Below, one piece after another: positions 1-10,722 of a stretch of 64,000 nt of DNA. Position numbers and translations under genes: made by a program. Source of the stretch: Entomortierella parvispora E1425. Taxonomy: Eukaryota; Fungi; Mortierellomycota. The DNA is taken from NCBI GenBank assembly GCA_020891255.1, contig BQFW01000013.1:1-64000 (forward strand), written 5' to 3'. Every line of letters starts with the position of its first letter. Position 1 is the first letter of the stretch. A model generated the notes under the pieces. That model was given only the letters and a program-made list of their open reading frames with translations. It made no database searches and was not told the DNA's origin.

Positions 1-159
1 ATCCTAAAAACTTAAAAACCCTAAAAAACCCTAAAAAACCCTAAAAAAACCCTAAAAAACCCTAAAAAAACCCTAAAAAACCCTAAAAAACCCTAAAAAA
101 CCCTAAAAAACCCTAAAAACCCTAAAAAACCCCTAAAAAAACCCCTAAAAAACCCTAAA
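1..159. repeat. Telomeric repeat array (C-strand), unit CCCTAAAAAA (TTTTTTAGGG on G-strand), variable A-run 5-7 and C-run 3-4
   Basis: About 15 tandem C(3-4)TA(5-7) units start at base 1 and end abruptly at about 159; C-rich strand faces 5', as expected for a left chromosome end. Confidence 0.95.
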
Positions 160-700
160 CTTTAATTTTAGGGTTTATTCGCCCTAAACTCGCGTATTTG
201 AACAGTTTAACGACGTCCTGAAGCGTCTGTGCATCGTTTGCACCATTTGGATCGACCGTAAGATACGTTTTTCTGTTATTTCCTAAAAAGGAAATATGTG
301 GATGTTTGGTGGCTTGGACTTCCTGGATCATTAGGTATTCCTTTTGTTTACTTTTGCTCCCGGGTTCGAATTCGGCTTTGGCCTCGCTTTTCTGAAGATA
401 TAAAAACAAGGTGTTTTTTTTCCTTCGTAGAGATATGAGATACGGTGCATTAGAGAGCTCTCCTCATAAGTATTCTATCAAGCCAACAAAATCGTCAATC
501 CATAAGGTAGATCTTGGGCAATTGCATTTTTTATTTTCTTTTTTTGTGAAAATCGAACGCTTATTCCTTGATATCTACGTTGACGACCAACGTGATTTTC
601 ATATGGGGAGGTGGCTATTCATCAAAGGACTGTATTCATGAAGAAAAATTGGCGATTGACAAGGTGGTTGATGCGTAACTGCTGTTCTTAGATTTCTTTT
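155..700 (-). pseudogene. Decayed ORF of unknown family running into the telomere
   Basis: The frame of ORF 155..409 continues upstream to about 700 with only three in-frame stops (...KCNCPRSTLWIDDFVGLIEYL*GELSNAPYLISLRRKKNTLFLYLQKSEAK...). Its final TAG (157-155) lies inside the first telomeric repeat. The segment is AT-rich relative to downstream genes. Confidence 0.45.
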
Positions 701-1442
701 TTTTTTGGAAAAAAAAATTCTCTCCTAAGTTGGAGGAGTGAAGTGGTGACAGGAGCCGAGAGCTAGCCACTTACGACAATTCGTGGCTGCATTTCATGAA
801 GTACGAGAAGGAAAAAGAGCCAAGTCTGCAGTGTTTACTCTCCTCATCGTGCATGCAGACAAGAACATCAGCTCGTGCAGTTGTCACGTAGTTTTTTTAT
901 TAAAAGTTGTACACGCTAGACAAAAGTAGGAACAAGAGGGCAGAGACGAGGGCGCAAAACACATGAGACTGCGGTGACTTTGCCCTGGAACGGACTCATT
1001 CCTCGCTACTGCATGCTCTGCCTGAGGGCCAGAGAAATCTAGCAGTTGATGGTAGAGAGGACTTACCTGAGAAGTGCTCGCCCCTGAATTAAGGACTTCA
1101 TGTTTCCTGCATGCCTCCCGTTTGTCGCATGTCCAGTCTGGTTCATGGGTAAGTGGAATGAGCTTTCTCTGTATGATTAGATGTAAAAGAAGTTGTGGTT
1201 GACGACAAAGGGAAGGAATAGCGAGTAACGCGTGAGAAAAGTGGGAGAAAGTGAGAGGAAACACTCAAGCTTGCGAAAACACGAAGAGAAGAAGTGAGCG
1301 AAAACAAAGACAGGGGCACAAAAGACCCGCTGATGTTTGATGTAAGAGTCGAGTTGGATGCATTGGGTCGGTTGAGACGGCGGCCGCAAAAGGTGAAAGA
1401 TGTGAGTTCGAATCATGAGAGGAGAAGGATGCACGAGATGAG

Positions 1443-1568
1443 ATGCAACAGAGAAGAGAGATGCAACAGAGAAGAGAGATGCAACAGAGAAGAGAGATGC
1501 AACAGAGAAGAGAGATGCAACAGAGAAGAGAGATGCAACAGAGAAGAGAGATGCAACAGAGAAGAGAG
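1443..1568. repeat. 18-bp minisatellite (ATGCAACAGAGAAGAGAG)x7
   Basis: Seven perfect copies, visible as MQQRRE x7 in ORF 1443..1664. Confidence 0.95.
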
Positions 1569-1826
1569 ATACAAAAAGGAAAAGGTATGCAGGAGACGAG
1601 AGATGCAAGAGAGGAGAAAGATCCAAAAAAGAAGACGGATGCAAGACACGGGAGGACAGGGTAAGGATACAAGAGTCGAGGAGAAAGGAAGGATGCAGGA
1701 ATCGAGACGAGAGAGACGAGAGGAAAGGGATGCAAAAAACGAGACGAGAGAGAGGGATGCAGGAGGCAAGAGGGATGCGAGAATTGAATGCATGAGACGA
1801 GAAGGTCGAACGATGCAAGAGACAGC

Positions 1827-2114
1827 ATGAATGCAAGGGAAGAGATGGAGGCAAGGGAAGAGATGGAGGCAAGGGACGAGATGGAGGCAAGGGACGAGAT
1901 GGAGGCAAGGGACGAGATGGAGGCAAGGGACGAGATGGAGGCAAGGGACGAGATGGAGGCAAGGGACGAGATGGAGGCAAGGGACGAGATGGAGGCAAGG
2001 GACGAGATGAATGCAAGAGTCGAGAGGAATGCAGGGGACGAGATGAATGCAAGGGACGAGATGAATGCAAGAGTCGAGAGGAATGCAAGAGTCGAGAGGA
2101 ATGCAGGGGACGAG
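1827..2114. repeat. 18-bp minisatellite, core ATGGAGGCAAGGGACGAG, about 16 units (8 perfect)
   Basis: MEARDE x8 flanked by degenerate units (MNAREE, MEAREE, MNARVE, RNAGDE) in ORF 1788..2132. Confidence 0.92.
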
Positions 2115-2309
2115 AAGGAGAGGACGAGATGAATGCAAGGAGGATGGGTTGAGATGGCAAAAGAAGGGAGGGAGACAGAGGGAGAAAAAGACAAGTTCAG
2201 GGATGCTCCATCCAACAAACAACAACCGCCCGTTTCTCCCTCCCCCTTCGGCCTTTTTTTTTGGACAAATGGAGGCTGCACTGGCCCCATCCAAAAGAAC
2301 AGTGGTCTT

Positions 2310-3060
2310 GGGAGGGAAGAGGAAAGGAGGAAAGAGAATAGGAGGGATAACAGCGAGGAGAAGAGGAGGAACAAGAAGAAAGCGAAGAGGAGGGACAAGA
2401 AGGAGAAGAGGAGGAGGAACAAGAGGCAGAGAAGAGAGGGACGAGAGGGAAAAGAAGAAGAGACGGACAGCGAATCCAACAACAGCTGAGACAAACGACC
2501 CCCTTGCGGGTCCCTTTGTGCTTTTTTTTTTTTGCGCTGTCATCCCGAGGGAAGGGTGGACGAGCACGAAACTCACGTCATGCGACCAAAAAGTGCAAGA
2601 GTGAAGACAAGAAATGATCAAGACGGACGAACAAGAGAGATGAGAAGACGAAAGACGATCAAGAGGGAAGAGAAGAAAGGAAAGAAGGGAGAGAGAAGAA
2701 GAGAGGGACAGTTGACAAGTTCAAGAGAAAAGAAGACATCAGCAAAGGAAAGTAAGAGGAAGAAAACGGTGGAGCAAGAAAGAAGAGAAGAGAGGGAAGA
2801 CACGAGAGGAACAAGACGGAAGAGAAGAGAAGAGAAAGAGGGAAAAGAGGAGAGGGACAGGGCGGAAGAAGAGATGAGCAAGAGAGAAGAGAAGAGACGA
2901 GCAAGAGAGAAGAGAAGAGACGAGCAAGATGGAAGAGAAGAGACGAGCAAGAGGGAAGACCGAAAAGAGAGACAATCAAGAGAGAAAAGAGGAGATGAAC
3001 AAGAGGAAAGAGAAGAAAAGAGACGTTCGTCAAGAGAAAGGAGCAAGGGAGAAAGACGAC
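2310..3060. repeat. GA-rich polypurine/polypyrimidine low-complexity tract
   Basis: + strand is mostly A/G (GAGAAGAGA-type degenerate units) apart from a mixed stretch near 2480-2600; yields only low-complexity E/R/K or S/L/F ORFs. Confidence 0.85.
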
Positions 3061-4215
3061 GATCAGTCCATGCGACAACAAACAAAAAGGAAGCAGGGTT
3101 CTTGTTTTTTTTTTCTCGCCAGCACCACTGCTCCTCCAAGAATTACTCCTCCCTTGGATGGACATATCCACCCTGATGCGAGATAGTTGCCACAGTCGGC
3201 AGCGCAACATTTTCCAGGTTTCTTTGTTTGTTGCGCCGCAGGGAGAGGGCTGGATCAACGCGTCAAAACATGAGGACATTGGTCGACGTGATTTTTTTTT
3301 TGAAGTAATTTATCAACAGTTTTCTGCCCTTTTTTTTTTTTCTTGCGCCAGCCTGGAGAGTAGGATTTTCAGATCATTCTTGCCTGGGCATTTGCGCCCT
3401 GAGGAAACATAGAGGGAGTCGCCACAGTAGGTTGTAGAGTCAATTGTCCACTGGTCCGCGTGTGGGTTGCAGCAAGTGCGTCGGAACGCGACGTGCATTT
3501 GTCGGCACGATCTTTTTAATGCCTCGACAAGAGAAAGACTATGGGCCCGGTTATAAGCAAATGGCACGAATCTACCTCCATCCACCTTCTTGCATACTCA
3601 TCTTCCAGCTACAATCACTTTAGACATGGACTTTGACGTTTGCTTCATTGGGTCCAGGAGAGAGACAACAGGGCACAATGGAAAGTTGTAACGATCAGAG
3701 GCGCGGTTCCCCGAGGTTGAAATGACAAATTGGGAAGCAACAATGAGACCACCCATTGCTGATAGCCTCCTCCACTACTAAGAGATGGGAGAGCCCAGAC
3801 CAGTTCAAGACAAAAGAAGACAAGAGTGAAGGAAGAGGAGAAAGGCTAACGAAATAGAGGGAAGAGGACGGACGAGCAAGAGATGGATCAGGCACGATCA
3901 GTCCATGCGGACAACAAACAAACAGCTCTTTTTTTTTTTTTTTTTTTTGCGCCAGTAGGTGCAGGGTGCTCCACGTAGAAAACCCCTTCCTTAGATAGGC
4001 ATACGCACTCTACATAGGCACACAGAGAGAGATCCAAAAGCATCAGAATATGAGGACATTTGTCGACGCGTGCACATGGATATTTGATTCCAAGTCTAGG
4101 ATAAGTGAGTGGCCATCATTCCGGCTATAAGCGAGTGCTGTGAATCTATCTCCATAGTCTCTTCTTACGTGCCCCTCCACCAGTGACCATTCGCACTTAG
4201 CCACTAGACATGGGG
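3040..4215 (-). pseudogene. Two diverged, decayed copies of the same gene fragment in tandem
   Basis: Collinear shared blocks: CGATCAGTCCATGC..GACAACAAACAAA (about 3060 and 3895), TGAGGACATT.GTCGACG (3271 and 4051), CCGG.TATAAGC (3547 and 4121), GAATCTA.CTCCAT (3568 and 4143), TAGACATGG (3621 and 4205). Minus-strand peptides align (GGRFVPFAYNR vs GDRFTALAYSR; STNVLMF* vs STNVLIF*) but carry stops. Confidence 0.5.
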
Positions 4216-5809
4216 TACTGTATGCTTCAGTGATCCCAGGGTTGGAGAGAAGAGGAACGACAACGACTCCAAGAAAACAGGCCTCTTATCTCATGCAAAA
4301 GGGATGAAAAACAAGTCAGAGAGGTGTTGTTCTTGTGGTCGAATGAAAAACTGGGAACAGCAGAGTGGCCTCTTCTTGCAAAGAGGGTGATAAGCAGCCC
4401 ATGATGGACAAGTCTGTGGAGAGGGGAGAGGAAGAAATAAATAAAAAACGGACCCGCCCGCTCTGATCTTTTAGATTCGGCCTTAACGTAGTAATGGCAC
4501 CGAAGATGATACCTGCCTAGCCAGGTCTCCCTAGCCCTCAGCAAGCAGCAGGGGCGTGGGCAAAAGAGTACCACCTTGATGACTCCGCCCATTCCCGCGC
4601 GGAGGTTTCTTGAACATCATTCGGCGAACAGCAAACCCAACAAGATGCTGTCTTTTGGAGTTGTCGGTAGCGAACAACCCCGCCCCAAGACTGGCAATCT
4701 TCATTGCACTTTCGTGGCAGGTTGACTCGCCGAGATACGCGTCAGACACACGAATGTTGATTTCGAGCTCCTTTTTTTGAATTCTTTTTTTTTTTTTTTT
4801 TGGACAAAAGACCTCCCGTGCTACCAGCACTCATGTGATTTTTTACTCTGAAGATATCTTCTTCAGTCGATATCATGTCTTGAGATGGTTCTGTGAGTCC
4901 TCCTTCACCTACCTTCTTCTATCTTTCTAGGTACATCATCCTAGCTGCGTTGGTGGCACTTCATTGCTCGCCCCTTTGCCTTTGTTTCATCTGTCCGCTC
5001 CCGACCCGACTTGCTTTTACTCTTTACTCCCTTCGAGTCTGGTAAAGCTTTTATCTGTGCCCTTGCCTGCTCTGACTAGGCTTGGCATTCTCTCGTTTAT
5101 AATCATTAAGCAGATAATTTGCGACTATAGTGGACATCTGTCGTGGTAGTTCATCATCGCACTTGTGAGAGCCACCGCCTCATTTGACCAATGTACGGGC
5201 CAAATGGATTTCAAGTCATCATTCCTTTGTTCGCTGTGCAGAATTGTAAGTGACAGTGCATTCGACAACGACTATTGAGTGCTTGGATGGTATCATTGAT
5301 CGCTCGAGCGGATCGCGAGTTATTACCTTTCAAATACTATTTCTGACTAGGATCGAACATCCCTATCTCTCGGACGATCTCTTGGAGAGAACGGCAAGTC
5401 CGCATTGCGCTAGCAATTTGGGTGGTCTTTCTATTGCTGCCCAGACGTTAAAGTCAACCCCCCCCCCCCATAATTTGCATCGAGTCGCTCAAGAATTGTC
5501 CCCAGGACTCTTGTGCGGTCAACTATGGATGGGGTGGCGATATGGATGGATATTGTGCCTCTTTTCGAATGCCTTCGAGGGGGAACTTCTCGCCAACCAT
5601 ATACTCATAAACATGTATAGGAAGGAGTGAAATCGAAAAAAAAAAAAAAAAAAAAAAATTCTTCTCAGGCTGCAACCCCCGAGAAAAAGTGGCATAGATC
5701 TTTCCTCATCTCATCCAAAGCACCCGCTACGATTCACAACTATGTTGCCATCATTCGACTGTCATATCTGTGTTGAAATACGTTAATATATTTGTTTTTT
5801 GTTTCGACA

Positions 5810-6950
5810 CTATACCGCTTGCTTGTGCCGTTGATATTCTCGTTCAAGCTTGAGCCATTGCTTCCTAGGATGAACAAAGATTTGTGTGAATGCCAGCATT
5901 TGCTTCAGAAAGTGTGCGGTTACGTCTCTCGTGGTTACGGTTGGTACATACATAGGCATCACACGGACGGTATTATTCCTGGACAGTATAGTGTTGGCCA
6001 TAACAGTGCATAGGCTTCTTGATGAGTATTCCACGAAACAGAATCCTTGGAAAAAGCGTGTCTCCTTGTACCCGTAAGGCCGTATCACAGTTTGCTGAAT
6101 AAGCGTCTCTGTATCTGAGCCATCCTTGGGTAATTCCTCTGACTTTTCAGAGTCTACAGCATGTGCTTGAGCAACAGCATTTGAACAAGGCAAAAGTAAT
6201 TGCTTGAACACAATATCTGGCTTGGCCTCATGTCCAGTTATATCCACATCATCCACGAATAGCATCCTGTCTACTGCCTCCGATTCATCATATGCTTGAC
6301 TTCTTCGGACCATATCCAGATCAGGATGCAACTGTTGGAAACCAAAACGAACATTGCGCAAGTTAAAACAAAGCTCCAAAAGTACAAAACTTAGAAGACA
6401 ACTCGAGCCAACCGACCTCAAGGCGCCCTTTTGCATCATATTTTATCGCTCGCCGCAGTTGATTATCGCTGAGGTCCTCTGGAAGGAAACACCTTTCCCG
6501 GATCGATGAAAAGTCAATGTCTACACAAAGGAGTTTAGAGAAAAAAGGGATGTCAGTCCTCACGGCACTCAGTCCTTTAGGCTTCCTCGCAACAGAAACC
6601 TCCAGCTTACATTGAGTACCATCCTGTCCGATGCAAGAGAGAAGGGTCTTGTCAAATAGAATATTCAAATCTGCGAGGCAATGCTCGATTTGAACAACCA
6701 CATCCTTCAATTTTTGGCGTCCTGTCAGTGGAGTTTCCCGCATGATTCGAAATGGATGCGAGTGGATGTTCCTAATGTCAGCGGTCCGGTAGAGATAATA
6801 GACAACTTTGTTGAATGGAGCACTCGTGCTTGTCCGCTTGCTGGTACCTCTGTAGTCGCGAGTATGTGTGTCGGTGTCAACGGTGTCTGCAAATGAATGT
6901 GCGTTTTTGAAGTCGACGATGGCGCGAAAGGAGCTTCCCCATCCATCCAT
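5810..6950 (-). CDS. La-related protein, LARP7-like (La motif + RRM1 + following helix); introns 6610-6521, 6416-6332, 5951-5865; start at 6950 or 6743
   Basis: After splicing: La motif KLKDVVVQIEHCLADLNILFDKTLLSCIGQDGTQ|YIDFSS...LRRAIKYDAKGRLE|LHPDLDMVRR; RRM with RMLFVDDV and YKETRFFQGFCFVEYSS (RNP1); then RVMPM|KQWLKLEREYQRHKQA, resembling LARP7 RVLSKSEWMDLKKEY. Donors GTAAGC, GTCGGT, GTATGT with YAG acceptors. Confidence 0.75.
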
Positions 6951-7101
6951 TCATCTGTCGATCAAAATTGGTGGCGTTCTTGCCTACGTCACCAAAAATC
7001 ACGTGAGACGATAGGCCGTTTTCCTTCATTCGGCACCGGCCTTTCATCCACACTACTGATCGCACACCCTCCCCGCAACCATACGTTCTCCTCCGCGGCC
7101 A

Positions 7102-9444
7102 ATGAAGTCAAGAACGAAAAAGGCCAACGGCATTCTCACGCCATCTCAGCAAGCCCATTACCAAGCACACCAACATTCAATGTCACCAGCGGCAGCAATG
7201 TGTGTCGCGGAATCTGGGCATTCGGGAAACAATGCCGAGGTCAACAAAGCAATCCAAGTCGTTGTAGACGTGTCAATACAACAAAAGGGGACAGGACCTC
7301 GAGGAACCTCTGCGAATAGTACTCCAGCGCCAATAACATCCATGGAGACAGAGTATATCGAGGCCCTCTATGCCTCTACATCCTCTGGTCATCTGTCGCA
7401 GGATATGGGACAGGACAACCTCAGGGAGTCGCACTTGGAGGACCCAGTCGCAGACAACTCTACATCAGGATCTGAGGACTTGGAGTTTGACGACCTGGCC
7501 AGTTATGATCACGGCGAGGATGGTGATTGTGAGGACTCGGATGAAGAGCTGGATGACTATGAACACGACAACTTCTTGTCCGTGCACGAGGCGGTGCTTA
7601 TGGAGTTGCGGAGGGAACAGGTCGAGTTTGAGGAAAACGTGCGCCAACTTCAACAACAGTTGCAGAGGGAAGGATCCATTTTTCCGCTTTCGCCCAACGA
7701 CACCCCTGAGCTTGAGAACATTACTCACAGCGATGCATACTCAGATTCCACAGATCAACCGACAAAGCCAATTGAAGGAACCAGCTTACACATTGAATCC
7801 GACACCCATGGCCGGCTATCCAATCAAGCGCACAAGTTGGTTCACCAGCGACCAAAGAAAGTAACATGCGCTTTTTGTCAGGAACCAAAGTCTTCTCTTT
7901 GCTTTGAAAACCTTGGCTGGGCTTGGAGACCATTGATTGTGGAGGCTCTGGCAACAGCCGCTGCGGCGATAACAATGTTCAAGGCGAGGAAGGATCAAGA
8001 GCCATACAAACGGATCTCCTTATTCTTACGGGAACGAGATCTCGCTCATATGAACGGTCTAGACACTGAAGAATCATCTCAGGACAGAAATTTTGCTCAG
8101 ACACCATACTTTTCGAGGTGAGGAAAACATCCGCTCTCTATCATCACACCACCCCAGCCTGTAGCATGAATGAAAAACTCACCTCATTTTCATTCCCTTA
8201 CCAGACATTCTCAGGAGGAACATAAGGATCCGATGGGCGATCGTTTGAGGAGCCAGGAAGTATTTTCAGACGGGATGCCTCCTGGTTCAGGGCAGGCAAT
8301 GTATCCGCTTCCACCAAACTCGCCGTATACCTTCAGGAGGAAAGCGAGCGAGTACTTGGAGCCAGTTGGGGAATTTCAGGAATTTCAGTCTGCTGAGGGT
8401 AACTCACGGCAGGTATTGATGCATGTCTGGCCCCCATCAGAGCTGGACACAGCACTTCTCAAGAAACTCGAGACATGCTGTCGCGACTTTCAAGAAAACG
8501 AAATTGTCCGTGGCCACAGTGGAGATGGCTTTTTGAATGGATGGAGACCCTCTTGGGTACCACAAAATCGGACAGGAGTCTTGCGGTTTGGCCACTGGAG
8601 GGTACGAGCCCCTGATAACCCTGAAGAGCAGCTATATGTAAGTCATAGGCCGGCACTGTCACAGTCCATACAGTGGTCCAGGGTATTGACAAACTGTCTT
8701 TTGAATCCGCTTCCCCTTCTATAGGCTCCATTCCAAACACCATTGACCTTGGCTGCTGGAGGAGGCACTGTTTTGGGATCAACAGTCAATTTGGGCGCGA
8801 ATCTCGATGACGCTTTGACAAGTTCAATCTCTAAAGAACAAGCACAGAGGCGTCATCACAATGTGGGCTCCTCACAGGGAAGCGCTGGTCAACAGGAAGA
8901 CATACAGTTCGAAAAGGCAACTTGCCCAGTGCATCACCCCCATCACTGCTGTGATCATGGAGCCGAACAACACGATTCCGCCACCCACCCCCAAACAGAT
9001 TCACAGCTGGAATCCTCCACACAAAAACGACTGCTACGACTGGTCCGCTCTATTCAGATGGTAGAAAAAGGTATCATTGCCAGACATCTCAAATATCTCT
9101 TTCCGACGCTTTACGAAAAATACCACGGCCTGCAATTTGGAACTCCACGATTGTTTGATGCTGTTGCCACAGTGGCAATGGCTGTCGATGTCGCCCCTCG
9201 GCTTCACCACGACAGGGCTCACACTCGGCACGGCTTTTGCTGGATCGTTGCTTGCGGTGACTTTGTAGGAGGCGACCTTTGCATTCCAGAGTTGGGGAAG
9301 CGCGTCGTCATGAGGCCAGGCACCGTAGTCGCCATCCGATCGACTGTGGTCGCGTATTACATTGAGCGCTATGCTAAAGGGACCAACATGTATACCATGT
9401 ACGCCTATACGGCGGACAACTGCTGGCCTCCAGCTTTAGAATAA
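7102..9444 (+). CDS. TET/JBP-family 2OG-Fe(II) dioxygenase-like protein, 722 aa; exons 7102-8117, 8205-8637, 8725-9444
   Basis: Two 87-nt GT-AG introns give one 2169-nt frame. The C-terminal DSBH has fungal TET/JBP hallmarks: RFGHW, LFPTLYEKY, HHD (9205-9213), FCWIVACGDFVGGDLCIPEL...MRPGTVVAIRS. The N-terminal half is acidic and low-complexity with a CAFC motif. Confidence 0.75.
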
Positions 9445-10364
9445 ATTATTGGCAGTGTGTTGCGCCAAGGTGTATAGACCTCACCTTTTAAAACTTCATC
9501 ATAGAGAACGATACATGATATCTGGAATGCTGGAAAGCAACCATGTCCCGGAAATTTGGCGGACTCTGTATAAATTGGCGGGAAACGACTGAGAAGGCGG
9601 TAACCGTCGTGGAGGCACTACATCGACCTGCCATTGCTGAACAGACTGTAGCGCCATAGTGACCATTGCTTGCTATTGTTTGAAGCTACGCCCAGAATAA
9701 CAAAAAAAAAAAAAAAAAAAAAAAAGAGCAAAAGCAGGGTAGACGTTTGCCGTTTGTTTGCAAACATGGCTCTCGAGCAGTGCTCTCATGGAGTGGAGGA
9801 TGTTCTTTGTTTTCATTTCTGACCTCGATTCTTGTCACGCACTAATTGCCCTCGCCCCAGCCTGCCGATTACCAGCAGCAAGCTTCAATTGCAAAAAAAA
9901 ATAATAATAATGATCAAGTAGACCGATGCTCTTTGCTGTCCGCTCTCAAGAGGTCTGGTACTGTACTCTTGGCTAGCGCACGAGTAGAGTCGTCGGAGGA
10001 TGTCCCAGGAGGAATGGAGGGTAATAATGACATGACCAGGCATCCTGGTGCTTCCTTGCATCCTGCTTCTTGTCAGCTGGCGTGTCGCCGCATCCGCCCA
10101 TCCAGCTGATTCTAAAAAGAAAGGTCTCGTCGCCCTTCTTCTTTATGAGCAAGGTACATGTGCAGTACATTCGTGATCCAGACGAGGAGAGAATTGGCAG
10201 CGTCAGCAGAGTTGACAGCCCTTCGGCCGCAGAGACAAGACGGCAGGAAAGAAGGCCGAACGAGAGCAGGGCGATGCTGGGACAAAGGCATTTGGTCGTT
10301 CTGCATCCATCCACACCCACACACAAACAGAGACACCAACCGCCCTGTTTCTCCTTCCCCTTGT

Positions 10365-10395
<31 letters not shown>

Positions 10396-10722
10396 CCCTC
10401 CTTCATCTTCGTGCCTCCATCTCTCATCTCCTTCCTGCCATCTCCTCCATCTGTTCAACTCTTTCAGCTCTTCATCCCCCTTCCATCTCTCCATCATCTC
10501 TCCATCATCTCTCCCTCCATCTCATCTATTCAAGTTTACCCCGTCTGCTCATCCGCCCACCTTACTTTTCCTCTCCTCAGTCCGCTGACTCGCGCTCACC
10601 TGACTGACTCTCCTTCCTCTCATCACCGACCTCCATTCCAGCTTGCGGCTAAAAGTCAAAACTTGCAATCCAACAACTACTGTAGACAAGTCACAGGACT
10701 CTCCAAACTCAAAGGTCGCGCT

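Noticed and set aside
363-373. B-box-like GGTTCGAATTC near the telomere (also GGTTCGAATGG at 40501)
   Set aside because: There is no A box or cloverleaf and the match is imperfect; a single short motif cannot support a tRNA/SINE or TFIIIC site call.
1443-2114. Regular repeats as a possible CRISPR array
   Set aside because: The units are head-to-tail with no unique spacers, there are no cas genes, and the context is eukaryotic.
1177-3279. Many long overlapping ORFs (up to 409 aa) on both strands
   Set aside because: They are translations of the minisatellites and GA/CT tracts (MQQRRE, MEARDE, S/L/F runs), with no domain or splice evidence.
4848-4866. Hairpin CTGAAGA-TATCT-TCTTCAG
   Set aside because: A 7-bp stem is expected by chance in 64 kb, and there is no supporting context.
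4500-5800. Possible xRRM exons of the LARP7-like gene, or a separate gene (ORFs 4531..4830, 5250..5630)
   Set aside because: All minus-strand frames contain several stops and no YVD/RF or E..YW xRRM motif was found. It may be decayed coding DNA but cannot be assigned.
5600-9700. KDZ or other transposon carrying the TET/JBP-like gene
   Set aside because: No transposase ORF, terminal inverted repeats or target-site duplication could be seen.
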